The notes under the pieces: generated by a model
Told to the model about the DNA's origin: nothing
Database searches by the model: none
Seen by the model: only the letters and a program-made list of their open reading frames with translations
Program-made: the position numbers and the translations under genes
DNA from: Schizochytrium sp. TIO01
Lineage: Eukaryota > Protista > Bigyra: Labyrinthulomycetes
Reading direction: 5' to 3'
NCBI GenBank assembly: GCA_004764695.1
Contig: SMSO01000032.1
Location: 372,001 to 436,000, forward strand
Length of the DNA stretch: 64,000 nucleotides
Shown here: piece by piece, positions 36,953 to 49,689 of the stretch
Layout: each line of letters begins with the position of its first letter
Numbering within the stretch: position 1 is the first letter of the stretch

Positions 36953-36967
36953 AGAACATTCCAGAAA
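36953..36967. promoter_or_regulatory. Putative heat-shock element (three perfect inverted nGAAn units)
   Basis: aGAAcaTTCcaGAAa, about 530 bp upstream of the clpB ATG. Confidence 0.5.
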
Positions 36968-37287
36968 TACTGGTTATCTGAAGGGTGTACGCGGGTCCGG
37001 TATTACGGCCCTGGTTCAAAGGCTTGCCATGATTCACGGCGATGACGGATTTGCAGAACTTGAAGGCGAGTGGGTTATTTGAGAGAACCAGCACAGCGGA
37101 CGTCGTTCTGGAATTCGGCGAGGTCAGCCTTGCTCTCTAAGCATATGCATGCCACCAGCAGCATTGTTGCGGCTCGCAGCCGAGACCGTACTTGCTCTGC
37201 CAGAGATCTCAAAGATGACTTGTTTTGAGGGGATCTCAGATCTTCAAGTCGATGAACTTTTTTCTTTTTCAGTAAGATAATTAATTT

Positions 37288-37321
37288 ATTTCTTTCTTTC
37301 TTTCTTTCTTTTTCTGTCTGC
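37288..37321 (+). repeat. (TTTC)n microsatellite
   Basis: tttctttctttctttctttctttttctgtctg. Confidence 0.85.
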
Positions 37322-39308
37322 TTAGTCAGAATTAAAGAGAGAGATCGATATTTTGTTACTTATCTTCTCAGTCTTCTCTCGAGTACTTCTGTGGGACGCG
37401 CAAAGGACGCTCGACAGCGCATTCTTTGGACTCAATGCCGTTTCTGCAGGTTCCTCTTGTTCTGGACGAAGCGCCGCCGACTCGGCCTCAGCCTGCTAAC
37501 TTGACTTGGCGGGCTTGCCAGCTTGAAGTTTGCGAGGTCTTAATTCTGCTCTTCTTCGCGCGGTCGCGGGTGACCTTCGGAGGAGACCAAAGGATGACGC
37601 AGGAATAGGAATTGTCGAGAACTGCAGTGCTCGCTCGCTTTCACGCGAGGTGAGGCCTGATTTACAGGCTAGAGATAATGACAAAGAAATGACGTCTATC
37701 GCGTGGCTGCTTGCTCTGCTCAGTGAGCGGTGGTGCCTGCTCGCCTCCAGCTTGTGGCGAAGCTAGACGTTGTGCTGGTGGTGACAGGAACTTTGCTGCT
37801 TGCTGAGGGGGATTCTGATGCTCGCTCGTACAGGAACTCTGAAGGGTCCAAAGCTGACGTTGTGCTCTTGAGCTTCCGTCGAAGAACCGTGTGGGACGCG
37901 CTCAGCTTCTACGCCGACCAGCAGCTGTAGTGAAGAATGGCTCCAGAAGGACGGCGCCGGGACGATTTCTCCGGAGCTCGCGAAGATCCACAGCGCAGCG
38001 TTGACCTTCGTGACAACGTGACAGACAAGCGAGCTTTCTAGCTATCGAGCCTCCGACTTGGAGCAGGATCTCTTCTTGCTGCACGCCCCTGGCATTCGCA
38101 GGACCGTGAGCTGTGCGCTACTGAGTACGGTTGATCAAGACTGCCTGGGAGGTGTTTATATCATTTTAGGTACCTCGTTTTATTGTGCTTGGCCAAGCTA
38201 TTTGTGTTATCATTTATGTTTATAGTAAATGGAGACCCATATCGTGCTTAATAAAGACCCAAGGGAAAATTAATTCCAATGTTGCATAACGATGATCAAC
38301 TGCATTTGAAGGGCCATTTTTTCTCTTGCTATCATAAGCGGGGTGGCTTTATCGGGAGCGAGGGGAAAGGGGGATGCCTCAATGCTTTGAATATCCTTGC
38401 ACGACGTGAGCCAGTTCTGCATCCATACAATATCTGTAATTGCTACTGTTACTTGAGGACAAAGGCCTTCGCTCGCCTAGGACATGAGGTACATATTACG
38501 AATTTTGTTAACAGCCTCCTTTATTCTTGACTAGTGTTGTTCTTTATTTCAAGAGTCTGGCAAATCTATGCGATAGCAAAATAGCAAGTGCATCACAAAT
38601 GGCCGATGAGCTCATTTAACGTGATCAGATGAAAATTGTGTGCTGAGAACAATAAACCCCACGTTCTACAATTTTAATTCACTCTTCCCAACGCATCAAG
38701 TTCAAACTCCAACCAACGATGGTCTATCCAAAACGGTGTTAACGTCGCCATTCGAGACAACAGCTATGCAGGTAGATATAGCATAGTCATTGGGTTTCTC
38801 TCTTAAACCGTCAGAGGTCATTAATGACGCTTAGATAGCTTTCAACAAAGTCTCGGCAACAAAATACGAAAACTTCCATCACGACAAGAAAGCCAACAAG
38901 TTACGAAGATAAACTTAATTTGCAAAATTATGATCAGCTGAGAATTCTTTTTTAGCACTTTCTTTCCCTTTTCTCCAAAAGAGCAGAACATGTTAACTCT
39001 GACATTTGAACCGAATTGTAAAAAAGGATTCTTCGTGCCGAGTGGCCAAACAAGGACACTAAAAAAGCTATGCAAATACATACTTGAAGTTAAGTAAGAC
39101 TATATTCCGCGAGCATCACTTCACTGCGGCCTAATATAGAACAACGTAGAAGAGTACATGGACGAAATCAAAGGTTATTTTAAATCTATAATTCACATAT
39201 TATATTTGTCAACATTTTGTCAGAATACTTTTATAGGTAGGCGTATACTACTTCGCTTACAAAGTCCATATCTATGTTTCATGGCAGATAGTACTAACTA
39301 TGCATATT

Positions 39309-41036
39309 TCAACGACGACGCCTTAGAATAGCCTCGACGCGGCGTTTGTCCTCGCCAGAGCCACCGCAGCCGTCGAGGTGGATCGCCTGCAAGCTCGCAT
39401 ACTGTGCAAAGTCAGCAAGCTTAGAAATACCAGATGCTGTAATGCCTCGGTTACGGCTGAGATCCAGCTCCTTCAATGTGTTGTTGTTTTCTAGAGCGCT
39501 AATCAAAGACAACACACCTGAGTTACCGATAGCATTCTTGCACATTCTCAGTTCCTTGAGCCCCGATGAAGTATTATCTCCAAGGCTTTCGACGAGTGTT
39601 TCGAGATGCTCATCGCTAATGTGGTTGAATGAAATGTCCAAAGACTCAACGTGCGATTGCGATGCCAAAAGGTTCGCTACGGCAGCTACTTTCCCATGGT
39701 CATCGCCGAGTTTGATGCCTTCAAAGCAAACCTGACGCACTGACGGAGTCTGGCAAATGACTTTGCATAGCACAGAGAGTTCTTCTGCACTCACGATGCA
39801 AGAGTCGCACAGATCAATGCGTTCACACCCAGCCTCTACTGAGCGAATAGCATCATCTAGAAGGGAGGTACTTGTCGGCTCTACATATTTCATGTGTGAG
39901 GCTGAAGAAGAGCTCGATTGGGAAAGCGATGCAGATGCACCTGAGCTGCGACGCAGGCGTGAAAAGGCGGGCATCGAAAGTCTCTTGAGAGACCTGTGCT
40001 TTACCTCTGATTTGTGTTGCTCTTGGCATTCTCCGCCGTGCAGAGGGAACTGCTCACCATGCGCCGAAACTCCAGGGATAAGACCTGCATCCTCCATCTC
40101 TTGCAAGCTCAAGACAGAAGCTCCGGAGGACGATTCTGCCTTTGAGCAAGCTGTTCCTCGCCTTTGTGGTGCATCGCTATCTGAGGGAGATTTGATAGAC
40201 TTACGGCGCAGGCTAAACCTCTGTGACAAGGACTTGCGAGAGGAGGTGCGCGCATAATGCTCGCCATGAGCAGGTACACCCGGAACGAGGCCACTGTCTT
40301 GCATTTCTTGCCAGCTCATTTCCCCGCTGGAGTGTGCTGTGCTCGTTCTACGACGACGAGGGACATCTTCGTCACGATCTTCTTCATCGTCTGCATCAAC
40401 ATCCTTTTCGACGACGAACACGGGATCTTGCACCTTCTCGCGGCCTTCTTCAGAGTCTACGGCAGGAGTGGGAAGTCTGCTTAGTCTCGCACTCCGACGC
40501 TTCGATCGAGAAACTCGACGTGAATCTGTGATGCGACTCGGCTGGCGGCTGGTGAGACTGCTGTTCAAGCACAACTCTGTCTCAGAGTCTGACTGGTGAT
40601 GGTTATCGTAGAGCCCGCTGTACAATGAGTGACTGTGAGAGTGCTTGGATGTGATGCTTTCAAGATCGTCATCCATAATGTTTTGTCTTGCACCGCGAGA
40701 CCCGCGAGAAGTTACGGAACCGTCGCTTTCATATGCACCACTGTCATATCCAAAACCTCTGGCTTCATTGTTTTGGCGAATTGTACCATGTGAACGCGAA
40801 ATTCGGAGAGCACGGGAGCGGTTTGCGGTCTGTACAGGACTGAGGGCAGCCTTAAGATCTGCTTCAATATCAGAGAAGTCTTCTCGGTCACTCAAATCGC
40901 TGCCGAATTCCTCAGCAGCAGGGTCACGAAGACGCTTGACAAGGTCTCTGTGAGAGTGAGAGATGTGACTCGGTTGTCCATTGTGAACAGAGTTTTCTTC
41001 GCCACGGTGGCGCCGTTGGGTTGTTCGGACAGGCAT
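39309..41036 (-). CDS. Protein with a long disordered Ser/Arg-rich N-terminus and C-terminal RNI-like leucine-rich repeats
   Basis: ATG at 41036 (MPVRTTQ). LRR units include VESLDISFNHIS, LKELRMCKNAIG, LKELDLSRNRGIT and LQAIHLDGC. Confidence 0.85.
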   Translation of the reverse strand: MPVRTTQRRHRGEENSVHNGQPSHISHSHRDLVKRLRDPAAEEFGSDLSDREDFSDIEADLKAALSPVQTANRSRALRISRSHGTIRQNNEARGFGYDSGAYESDGSVTSRGSRGARQNIMDDDLESITSKHSHSHSLYSGLYDNHHQSDSETELCLNSSLTSRQPSRITDSRRVSRSKRRSARLSRLPTPAVDSEEGREKVQDPVFVVEKDVDADDEEDRDEDVPRRRRTSTAHSSGEMSWQEMQDSGLVPGVPAHGEHYARTSSRKSLSQRFSLRRKSIKSPSDSDAPQRRGTACSKAESSSGASVLSLQEMEDAGLIPGVSAHGEQFPLHGGECQEQHKSEVKHRSLKRLSMPAFSRLRRSSGASASLSQSSSSSASHMKYVEPTSTSLLDDAIRSVEAGCERIDLCDSCIVSAEELSVLCKVICQTPSVRQVCFEGIKLGDDHGKVAAVANLLASQSHVESLDISFNHISDEHLETLVESLGDNTSSGLKELRMCKNAIGNSGVLSLISALENNNTLKELDLSRNRGITASGISKLADFAQYASLQAIHLDGCGGSGEDKRRVEAILRRRR

Positions 41037-44000
41037 CTTAGTGAATGATGTGTGTATAATGTGTAATAGAGCAATTATGTGGACCTCCAATGTTATCTTG
41101 GTGTACACAACGAACTGCCTTTGCTGGAATAGACTTTGTTGCTAGTTCGAGCGCTGCTATGAGTTGAGGTTTTGCTTTGCCCAGCTCAACTGAGATTGCT
41201 CTTGCTTTACCCTGACCCTGTTAAATCCCTACTAATACCGCTTCTGGTTTAAGTTTCTTGGTTTTGGGGTTTATGATCTCTTCCAACTTTAAACATAAAA
41301 GAAAAGTTCATCTGAACTTTGCTAGTATACTAGTAGTAGTCTCAACATATTTCTACAGCTCAAGGAGAAAGAATTTAATTTTTTGTAAGAATAAAAAACA
41401 ATTTATTTTAAAAAAAACGTGCCGTGCTTGAGTTTAATTAAGTTCTATTATACCCCCTATTTCTGAAACTACTATAATTAACTGCTACCCCTTTTCTCAC
41501 CTTCGAATGGCTTAGAGTAAGTTTTGAGCAGGTTATCTGTGACCTCTTTTGGGCCTCCCTTCCCATTGAATGACCCTTTATTCTGCAACCAAGCCCTATT
41601 ATATATGTTTGAGATTTTATAGCGCCTTCTGCAATTTTCTTGGTTAAGCTTTTCTAAAATTTTGAGTATCCTAAACATCAAATGAAGTAGTTTCACGTTT
41701 AGCGAGCAGGCCATCAATCTATAAATATTGGGCTCTTGCCTGTTGTTGCAGTTTGCCAATGGTTGGTTGCTTTAAACCGTAAGAACCCATATCTTACAAA
41801 AATCTGGTGGCAAATAGTAGAAACAAGGAAGCACCACGATGATGGGTGGTAGCACCTCGTCTGGTCAGTTATCTTGGCGAGAAACTGCGATGCGGACGCC
41901 TTTCGAGTGTACTTTGGCGACAAGGCGCTGCTGTGCTGCTCGAAGCTTCTCCAAGCTTTCTACAGTTGCTCGATTGTGGCAGCTCACACCAGCTTTTGAT
42001 GTGAAACTCCAAAGTGCTTCCCATTCTCGCTAGATACATCTTGAGATCCCTCGCGTCCCAAGCAAGCAAGTCTAGACCTAGTCGTTGTGACGCACTAGCT
42101 TGGACATTTTATTCCCACTCCATTGCAGTGCCGTGAGTGTCCTTCATTAGTTCTTCCTCGGACAGAAGCACTACCTACAGCGTTAGGTAGGGTACTAGGG
42201 AACCAGTAAACAATAGATAATAGTGCTTAGCATCATATAATAGTACTACTCGACCAAGGTAATTTCTTTTCTGCGCAGAAATTAAAAAGGGAGGCGAACC
42301 CAACACTGACGGGACCTTTCGCTCCGTTCATTCAGAGAGTGTTGTTACCGTCACCGCTATCATCGCTGCCATCACACCACTGCCAAGTCGTTATCACCAA
42401 GCTTTTATAGGGACTTTGTATTGTCTATAGTCAGCGAGAGATTAAAGTGTAGTGTACTTCAAGTGCAACTCGTTTTCTCACATCTTGTCTCACTTTCCCT
42501 TCTATTTCCTACTTTCGTACTTGGAATGTCTCTATTTTGACTTTGAATAAGTGCGCAAGTTTCAGAGGGCACAACGGCACACAGCATCGGAACGGAGCAC
42601 TCATTTTCGATTGTTCTTTCTACGATAACACCGATACTGATTGCGAACCTGTGAAAAGAAAAAATGGTCCAGAGAGGTAAAGCAGCACACCGTTCTGAGT
42701 AGAAAAAGCTAAAGTTAATAATAAGAACTATGGGAGTACTGGAAAGCTTATAGTACGATCGGAAACTATGAGAAGAGTCTACTAGTATAGACAAGAGTTC
42801 GACACTTAAAAAAGTTACCATTGAGCAGTATGAGAGTCGCAAATATATAAGAAAGGCGTCGCTCAAAAAAATGCGTATCAATGGGCTGGAAAGGAGGTAC
42901 ACTATCTAAAATGAAAATAAACTCTAGCGTCACAATGAGGAGGCATGGCGTTGCGAAATCCTTGCAGGATCTTATTGATGAACAATCAGAACTATATTTG
43001 AAATGAGTGGTTTGTCGATGTCTTGTTGTTCACTTCATGGAATCGTTTCATAGAATTAAATAAATAAAATGAAATGTGGAATATCGAAACGAGAAATCTA
43101 GATAAGAATTAAGTCAAGCCGTCCGCCGTAATTACAATTCAAGCAAACCCGCATGGATGGACGCTGTCTTTAAAATGCACTCGAAATACTCAACCTGGAC
43201 GCGCAATTGAAGCTGCAATCATGATGACTTTTCCTCGGAACATCACGGGAAACGTAAATTACGGTAAGATATACTCAAAATACAACTTGCTTCTGTTCGA
43301 AGGAAACTCAATAGTTATCCGTACAATTTTCCGACTAGAAAACTCGCCTTCTGTAACAAATAAAGTCTTGTTCAATCACCCAAGTTCATCTTAAGATATG
43401 AGACTACTAGTAATCTTGAACTGGCCGCTCTAGGAAGCCAATTCTCTCATAGCCATAGGTACCTATCAGTTAGATAATATATAAATTTATAAAGAAAAAA
43501 GTAATAGTACACACAAGGGACGCCTCGCCAGGCAACGGAAGAAGTTTGATAGTTTTGTCCAAGGAACCTTTCACGAGATCCAATTGAATGGTTACGATGC
43601 TGCAACTTACATCTAAATCTCAACTGAAGATCGTGCGGGTATGCAGTAGTTGCTTTTAGGTATTCCTGCGTCCTCACGCAAACTTGGCTGATTTCAAAAG
43701 GGACAAACGATAAATAAATAAATAGATATCGTGCTCACCCAATTTATATGGGTGGCACATGATAGAGGTAGTTTATTATACTGCTTTGTAGCCTGCAGCT
43801 GATGCATTGATACAGTGTTAGCGCAATTCAACTGGGCAATCACTTACTTCAGATGTACTATATCGGAATCGGAGTCCTTTGATACTTTCGTATCGCGTGC
43901 AGCTTCCAATTGACTCGCACTTTTTTTCTCTCTGTTTTCCTCTCCTTTCTTTGATCATCATAGCGTTTGAGCATCGTCACTGTGCAAAGTTTCTGACGGA

Positions 44001-46761
44001 CTCAGCTTCTGGTTGGGTCAATTGTAGACGCAACGACAGGTCGCTTCTGTGGCATGGTTGATCGCGGTTTTTCATCGGTGATGTCGTCAATATCATGATG
44101 CAAAGCTACAAGTTTGTTGTCTCGATGAAACGCAATACTGGAGCGTCATAGTTAATTCTAGCGAACATGACACGGTAGCGGAAGCGGACTCTTTGAAGTC
44201 AAGCACTAGACTTTTATTTGGAGGCCAACCATCATCAGATATGTAATGTTCTTTAGCAAGCATCAGAGCAAGAGACCTGAGCAGACTGAGCAGAGCTCTT
44301 CATTGTTCGTGGTTCCGTTCCTTTCAGACTGAACAGTTTTGGCTTGCATCCTTGGCGTGAGATTCGTGTGAAGTATAAGTGAAAGTATGATAGAGGCAAG
44401 CTCGGAGGTGCACTACTCACTGTCTCGCAGCGACCATACTGCATATAATTCGGCAAGAAGTGGAAAGCAGGTGGGTGAAAATCAAAAGTGGATTGAAACC
44501 GGTTCTAATCTCTAAGCTAAACCTCATCGAAATCGAATCGAAAAGCAATCTCACGAAGATGTCATCCAAAACAACCAAAGCATTTCTGGCCAAAATGTGG
44601 TGCAAGAAAATTGCGTCACCTGAGGCTATACATCGCAGAGTCCTTATAAATCCCTGCGGTTTCCTACTACTCCTCCTTCTACTACTAGTACTAGATAGAG
44701 CCTCTTAGCCTATTGCACATTACTTGTTTCTTCGTAGGAGTGTCTTCCCTAGATCATTTATTTTAGATTAAAAGATTATGTTACCTTAGTACCGCAGGAA
44801 CTTCTCATTAGGTTGTCTTTCACTTAGCTTTTATACCAATTAGCTACTCCTATTGTGAATGATGAATGATGAATGAACAGCCCCCCTTCACTTTCAATGA
44901 TAACTAATTGTTTTAGCTTAAGCCCAAGTCAAATGGTCGATAGGAGTTGAGAGTAGGTACTTTAACTTCTTTCAGCTGTCCATAATAATCCCACGTTCAA
45001 CGCGACTTTTCTCCTACCTAGCAGCGCTCGTAGCGATCGAGTCTCACAAGCCTTTTACATAGATAAACATGGTAAGGACTATCGAAACTGAATTGGCGGC
45101 GAGTCCTCCAACGTACGAGGGATTCTTTTGTATGACCTCACAACAGCTCAATCTCTCCAAGCAAGTTGTGTGATTTATGTTGTAGAACTAAGCCATGAGT
45201 GCTAGTAGGCCTAGTTGAATTAGTATCTGATTGCACTCATTGCGTTGCTCTGGTGATAAATGAGACGGTCGGGACGTTTCCATCTAACAACTCGAAGCCT
45301 CCTTTGGTAGTCCAGAACTCCGACCTTATTGAAAAATGCAATGATATATTATTCTTTATTGTGTCAAGTTAGAGGTCAAGCTGGGAATATAATATATCTC
45401 TAGGACTCTACTACGATAAGCTAGCCACAGTACTGGGCTTTAATTGCGGTCTAAAGCGATGTTGGACGCATCGATAGTTATCCGCCCAACAGTGAGTTCC
45501 ACTTCCAGCTCGATGAAGGTTGAAGTTTTGAGAGCGAGGAGCCAAGTACTTGCCGAGAACAACCTTTGAAAATATGAAAAGGCTCATTTAAACCTTTGTG
45601 ATTGCATACACCGTCGTTGAACATGTTGTACTATCCTAGAATTCAACTTTTATCAGATCATAGTCACGGAATATTTCCTCTATACCACAAAGCTACATAT
45701 ACAAATTTCCATATATATAAGAGAAGCAGAGAAGTGCAGGACAAATGAACGTCCCTTCTTGTGCGTTTCGTAATCTCAGGTTGAAAATGGAACAATTCTT
45801 GCAACTTTTTGGAAAGTAAAAGACTAAAAAATCAGAAAAATCTACGGCAGCTTCCTTTATCAAGCAATTTTCAAGAAAGAATGTGGCGTCCCGATACAAA
45901 AACATAATCAAGTCAAAGATAGATTGTACTACCAATGTAGTGGTTTATGGACGATACTTATAGGTTCGGCAGGACCTTACATAATTAGGTGTTCATGAAG
46001 TAAGGATTTTTTCTACAGTTTTGGAGGCTTTTCGTTTTCATTCTTGAAAGTGCTATCAATTACGTCCCTGGTAAATTTAGAAATTCATTTCCTCTAAAGG
46101 TTATAACCCTCAGCAAATACCAGCGTTATATTGAAGAAGAGTACGCGTCAATCAGACGTCCGTGCTCTGCGTAATTTTGCAATTTGCCTCGAAAACTGCG
46201 ATCACACTCTTGCGAAACAAAAAGATCTCAGACGAGTCCTGGGAACAATCCCTCTGCGCTTAAAAATTTAAGAATAAACTTTATTCCAAGGGCTAACATG
46301 CAACTGGGACACGTAATCAAGTCATTAGAGTTATGTTATTATGGGAATACTCCGGTCTTCATGTAGCATGCGACGCATTGCACCATAAACAGGAGCCCGT
46401 GCAAAACTGTTAGTTATCTTTTCACATAAAGTTCAATTCAATCTCCTCTACAAGATTCCTGCGCTGAAATATAAGCAAGTTCAAGCGAGTCCCAAGTCTC
46501 ATCTCAAAGAGTGCTTTTGCGCAGGTCTACAGTGCTACTTATAATATGAGCAGGTATAGTTTTATTACATTGTCGTTAAAGCAATTTGAAAAAGAAAAGA
46601 ATTGTAGCAATGCAAGACAAATACAAAATTTGGACAATGAGGAAGAGTTTGGTAAAATGTATAGAAAAGCAAACATGCTTGCTGAAATGAATTAGATCAT
46701 GTTAGAGATTAAGTTAAATTCTGACATGACCGCACGGCATGCATTAGACTTGGACAATGCT

Positions 46762-47634
46762 TTAAAGCTTCGGCTTGAAAGCGGGGAGTTTGATGCCACC
46801 CGGTACAGCAAATGTGGCACCGAGCTCAGACAAACGGCGGTGAGCATCCGCATAATCGTTGAAAAAGGCACCCTGAGACTTGGCGTAAATGTCAAAGTAA
46901 GGCTTGAAAGAAGGGTCTTTAGAGATAATGTCATCAGTCTCAAGCATCATAAGCTCTTTGTCACCAGTGCGCTGGAAGTAACTGTTGTCAAAGCTCAACC
47001 ACTTCTTCGTCCAGCTCTGGCCGCCCATCATGCCCAGGCCTTCGCCGCCATCAGCACGAGCATGGTTTTCTTCGTTCGACGTGTAACTAGTACCCTTTGA
47101 GCCATAGCCGTAAGTGCTGGTACCACTGCGCTCCTTAAAGGCACGGCCAACTGTGTGAGCACCAGAGAGGGCTACAATGTCGCGGTCCGAAAAACCCATG
47201 CGGTGAAACACATCGCGCAAGTGTTGCTTTGAGTTTACGTCGCGAGGGAAGGGCGCGTTACCAGCAGGCAAGTTACCCTCGGCAGGACACTCGTCAGCAT
47301 CAAGGCGGCCATAACGCATGTCGATGGCAGGTCCACCCATGAGTGCGATTGCCTCTGCACTGGCCATTTGGAGAATATCAGCCACAGAGAGAATCGGGTA
47401 CTTGTCTTTAAACTTTTGGGCATAGCCCATAGCCTTGTCAAGACCAGCGTTGGCAGCGTGCCCAATCTCGTTCGAGAGACGGATACTGCCGTTAGCACCA
47501 CCGATGCCAGGCTTGTTCACATCGTAAGTGCCAGAGTCATGCCAAGCGGCACGAATCATGATAGGACCACAGTTAATTTTATCAATGAACACACGGAGAT
47601 CCTCCCGGCAGTCCAGGAGGGCTTTAGTGTAAGC
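46762..47634 (-). CDS. APX: Ascorbate peroxidase (class I heme peroxidase), main exon; the short first exon upstream is unresolved
   Basis: Motifs PIMIRAAWHDSGTYD, GGANGSIR and DIVALSGAHTVGRA, plus WLSFDNSYF. The frame begins right after a ctatAG acceptor (47640-47635) with no in-frame ATG. A GTATG donor candidate lies at 47972. Confidence 0.92.
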   Translation of the reverse strand, partial: AYTKALLDCREDLRVFIDKINCGPIMIRAAWHDSGTYDVNKPGIGGANGSIRLSNEIGHAANAGLDKAMGYAQKFKDKYPILSVADILQMASAEAIALMGGPAIDMRYGRLDADECPAEGNLPAGNAPFPRDVNSKQHLRDVFHRMGFSDRDIVALSGAHTVGRAFKERSGTSTYGYGSKGTSYTSNEENHARADGGEGLGMMGGQSWTKKWLSFDNSYFQRTGDKELMMLETDDIISKDPSFKPYFDIYAKSQGAFFNDYADAHRRLSELGATFAVPGGIKLPAFKPKL

Positions 47635-49689
47635 CTATAGATATGGTATCATATCGTTGCAAGCATGTACATGTTCATTCATTGCACGCAGGCCCCAATG
47701 TGTCCATCATACACATTCACACGAGAAAGCAATATCACGATACATTAATTCCCAGGATCACCACAGCATCAGAATGAGTAAACAGGCCAAGCCCGATGCA
47801 CCAATCATAAACGTAGAAGCAAGTAGAAATCACCATCATTAAGCAGCAACGTAGTTGTGATGTATTTCCATATAAGGCGGGATTCATGTTAATGATATCC
47901 CATCATAGGATGATTACACATTAGGGGTCGTCAGACATTGTCGGTCCGTCAGCATGTTTTTCACAATCATACGTCAGTCTTCTCTTGGCTATTAAGATTG
48001 TCTCAAGCTAGAGAACCCCAGCCTGCATCGCTCAAGCTCGCTCTTGTCAGCAATATTCATGATGCTTGTGTTCTTTGAGGCTCGAAAACCAGGAGTCTAC
48101 TGCAACATCCGCCCTTTCGTATAGGCCTCCTGGGAGCTCATGCCGCCCATTCAGAGCCAAGATCTTCTATGGCACATGGGACCCGCGAAGAAAAGGGAGA
48201 CAACGCCTTCCGTGCCTACGCTATGGCATGCGCGAAGGAATCGTGCGACGCGACTTACCTGCTCGTCAAAGCCCATGGTGCTCAATCCACGAAGTAGAAG
48301 TTTTCGCGAGGACAGAAATGCGCAATTCGGGTCTGCCTCTTTCGAACGATAATTGATTCTTCTTTCTTTCTTCTTCTCTGTTTATTACAAATACTATACT
48401 AGATACTATCATTAATACCTTCTAAGAGTAACCTTTGTAAGAGTGATTTTAGAACGCTCAACAATAATCTAGCAGATGCCACCAACTTGGAGAAAGCAAT
48501 TGGTCCTACGATGTATTGCAATCTACTGCCAAGCTATTGGCCATTGGCAAGAAAATAAAGTCTTAGCAATGTCTTGCAATAAGCTGCTTTGTAACCAGAG
48601 CATTCGGATTATTATAAGAGAGGAGGATACTTTTTAATGTTTGCTACTTTCAAAGCGAGGCTGGCGCTAGGGGTAAATAGAGGCGCGACTAGTGGGTGCC
48701 GGGGTGCGGGATTTCTTTTCTTACATGAAAAAACTCATTAAAATCTTGGGTAAAAACTAAGCCCAAGACAGTCATTCGATATGCATGATAATCGCACAAA
48801 GTACCTGAGTACCTAGGTACTACCACATTACTTTCGATTGGTCAGAGGTTATTCATCTCAAACACTCCGTTCACCTGCTTCAGTATCACTCGTAGGTTTA
48901 ACTTGCTGCAATTTTTGCTTGAATGTAAGTCAGTTCATAAGTCCTGCTAGTTTTACAGTCCAGGGTTGCTACTTGAGCACCATGATCAACGAAGCTTTTG
49001 CATGGGTATACCGAGATTGTAAAGCGACAGTTGTCTAGAAGGCGGGGTGAAGCATGCTTTGCCGTGGGGTGAATTGGTTTCTTGTATTTCGCTATCTTGA
49101 AATCCCTCCATGTTCTTATGTTGCACAGAGCCTAGAGCAAGGTATCGCAATGCGACATTGGCATGTAGAACACCTGGACATTGCAGTGCGGAAAGTGCTT
49201 CTTATATTGCTTTGCTTGCTTCATCACTCTTGGGTTGAAGGAACTTCTCTAACCGAGGAAGTTCTACCAATTATAGTGCGACCGTGAACCTTGTCGTTGT
49301 TTACCAGAAATGCGTCTGCCGAGGAATAGCAAAGCAAGACAGAGTTTTGCCTTATCTAAAAAGATAAGATTCATTAACTTTGTTGTCTTCTATCGACTAT
49401 CTCGACCTCCCCGAGCCTTCACAAAGACGGTCCTGGTGATATATTTTTGACTGAATGCCAAGAGATTCAAACTACGCAATTTTTTTACGATCTGATAAGG
49501 TAGCTGCATGCGAATGCTTCCTTCTTTCTTTGGAGGTAAAAGACCAATAAGGCTAATGCCTAGCTCCTTGAGACTCCATAGAGGCTCGTTTTATCAGTTT
49601 GGTTCTCACAAAATTCTAAATGAAGTTCGCAGTCTTGTCAGCAACTGACTTTGTTAGGTCCTACATCGTGCTTCCCCTGATGCACCTCA

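Noticed and set aside
42459-42902. 147-aa minus-strand ORF
   Set aside because: It has a non-ATG start and the composition of AT-rich antisense sequence. The + strand looks vaguely coding but has many stops and no recognisable family.
43860-44200. Possible small minus-strand gene (HHDIDDITDEKPRSTMPQKRP...KVRVNWKL)
   Set aside because: It has an internal stop and a frameshift and no recognisable family, so it cannot be supported without expression data.
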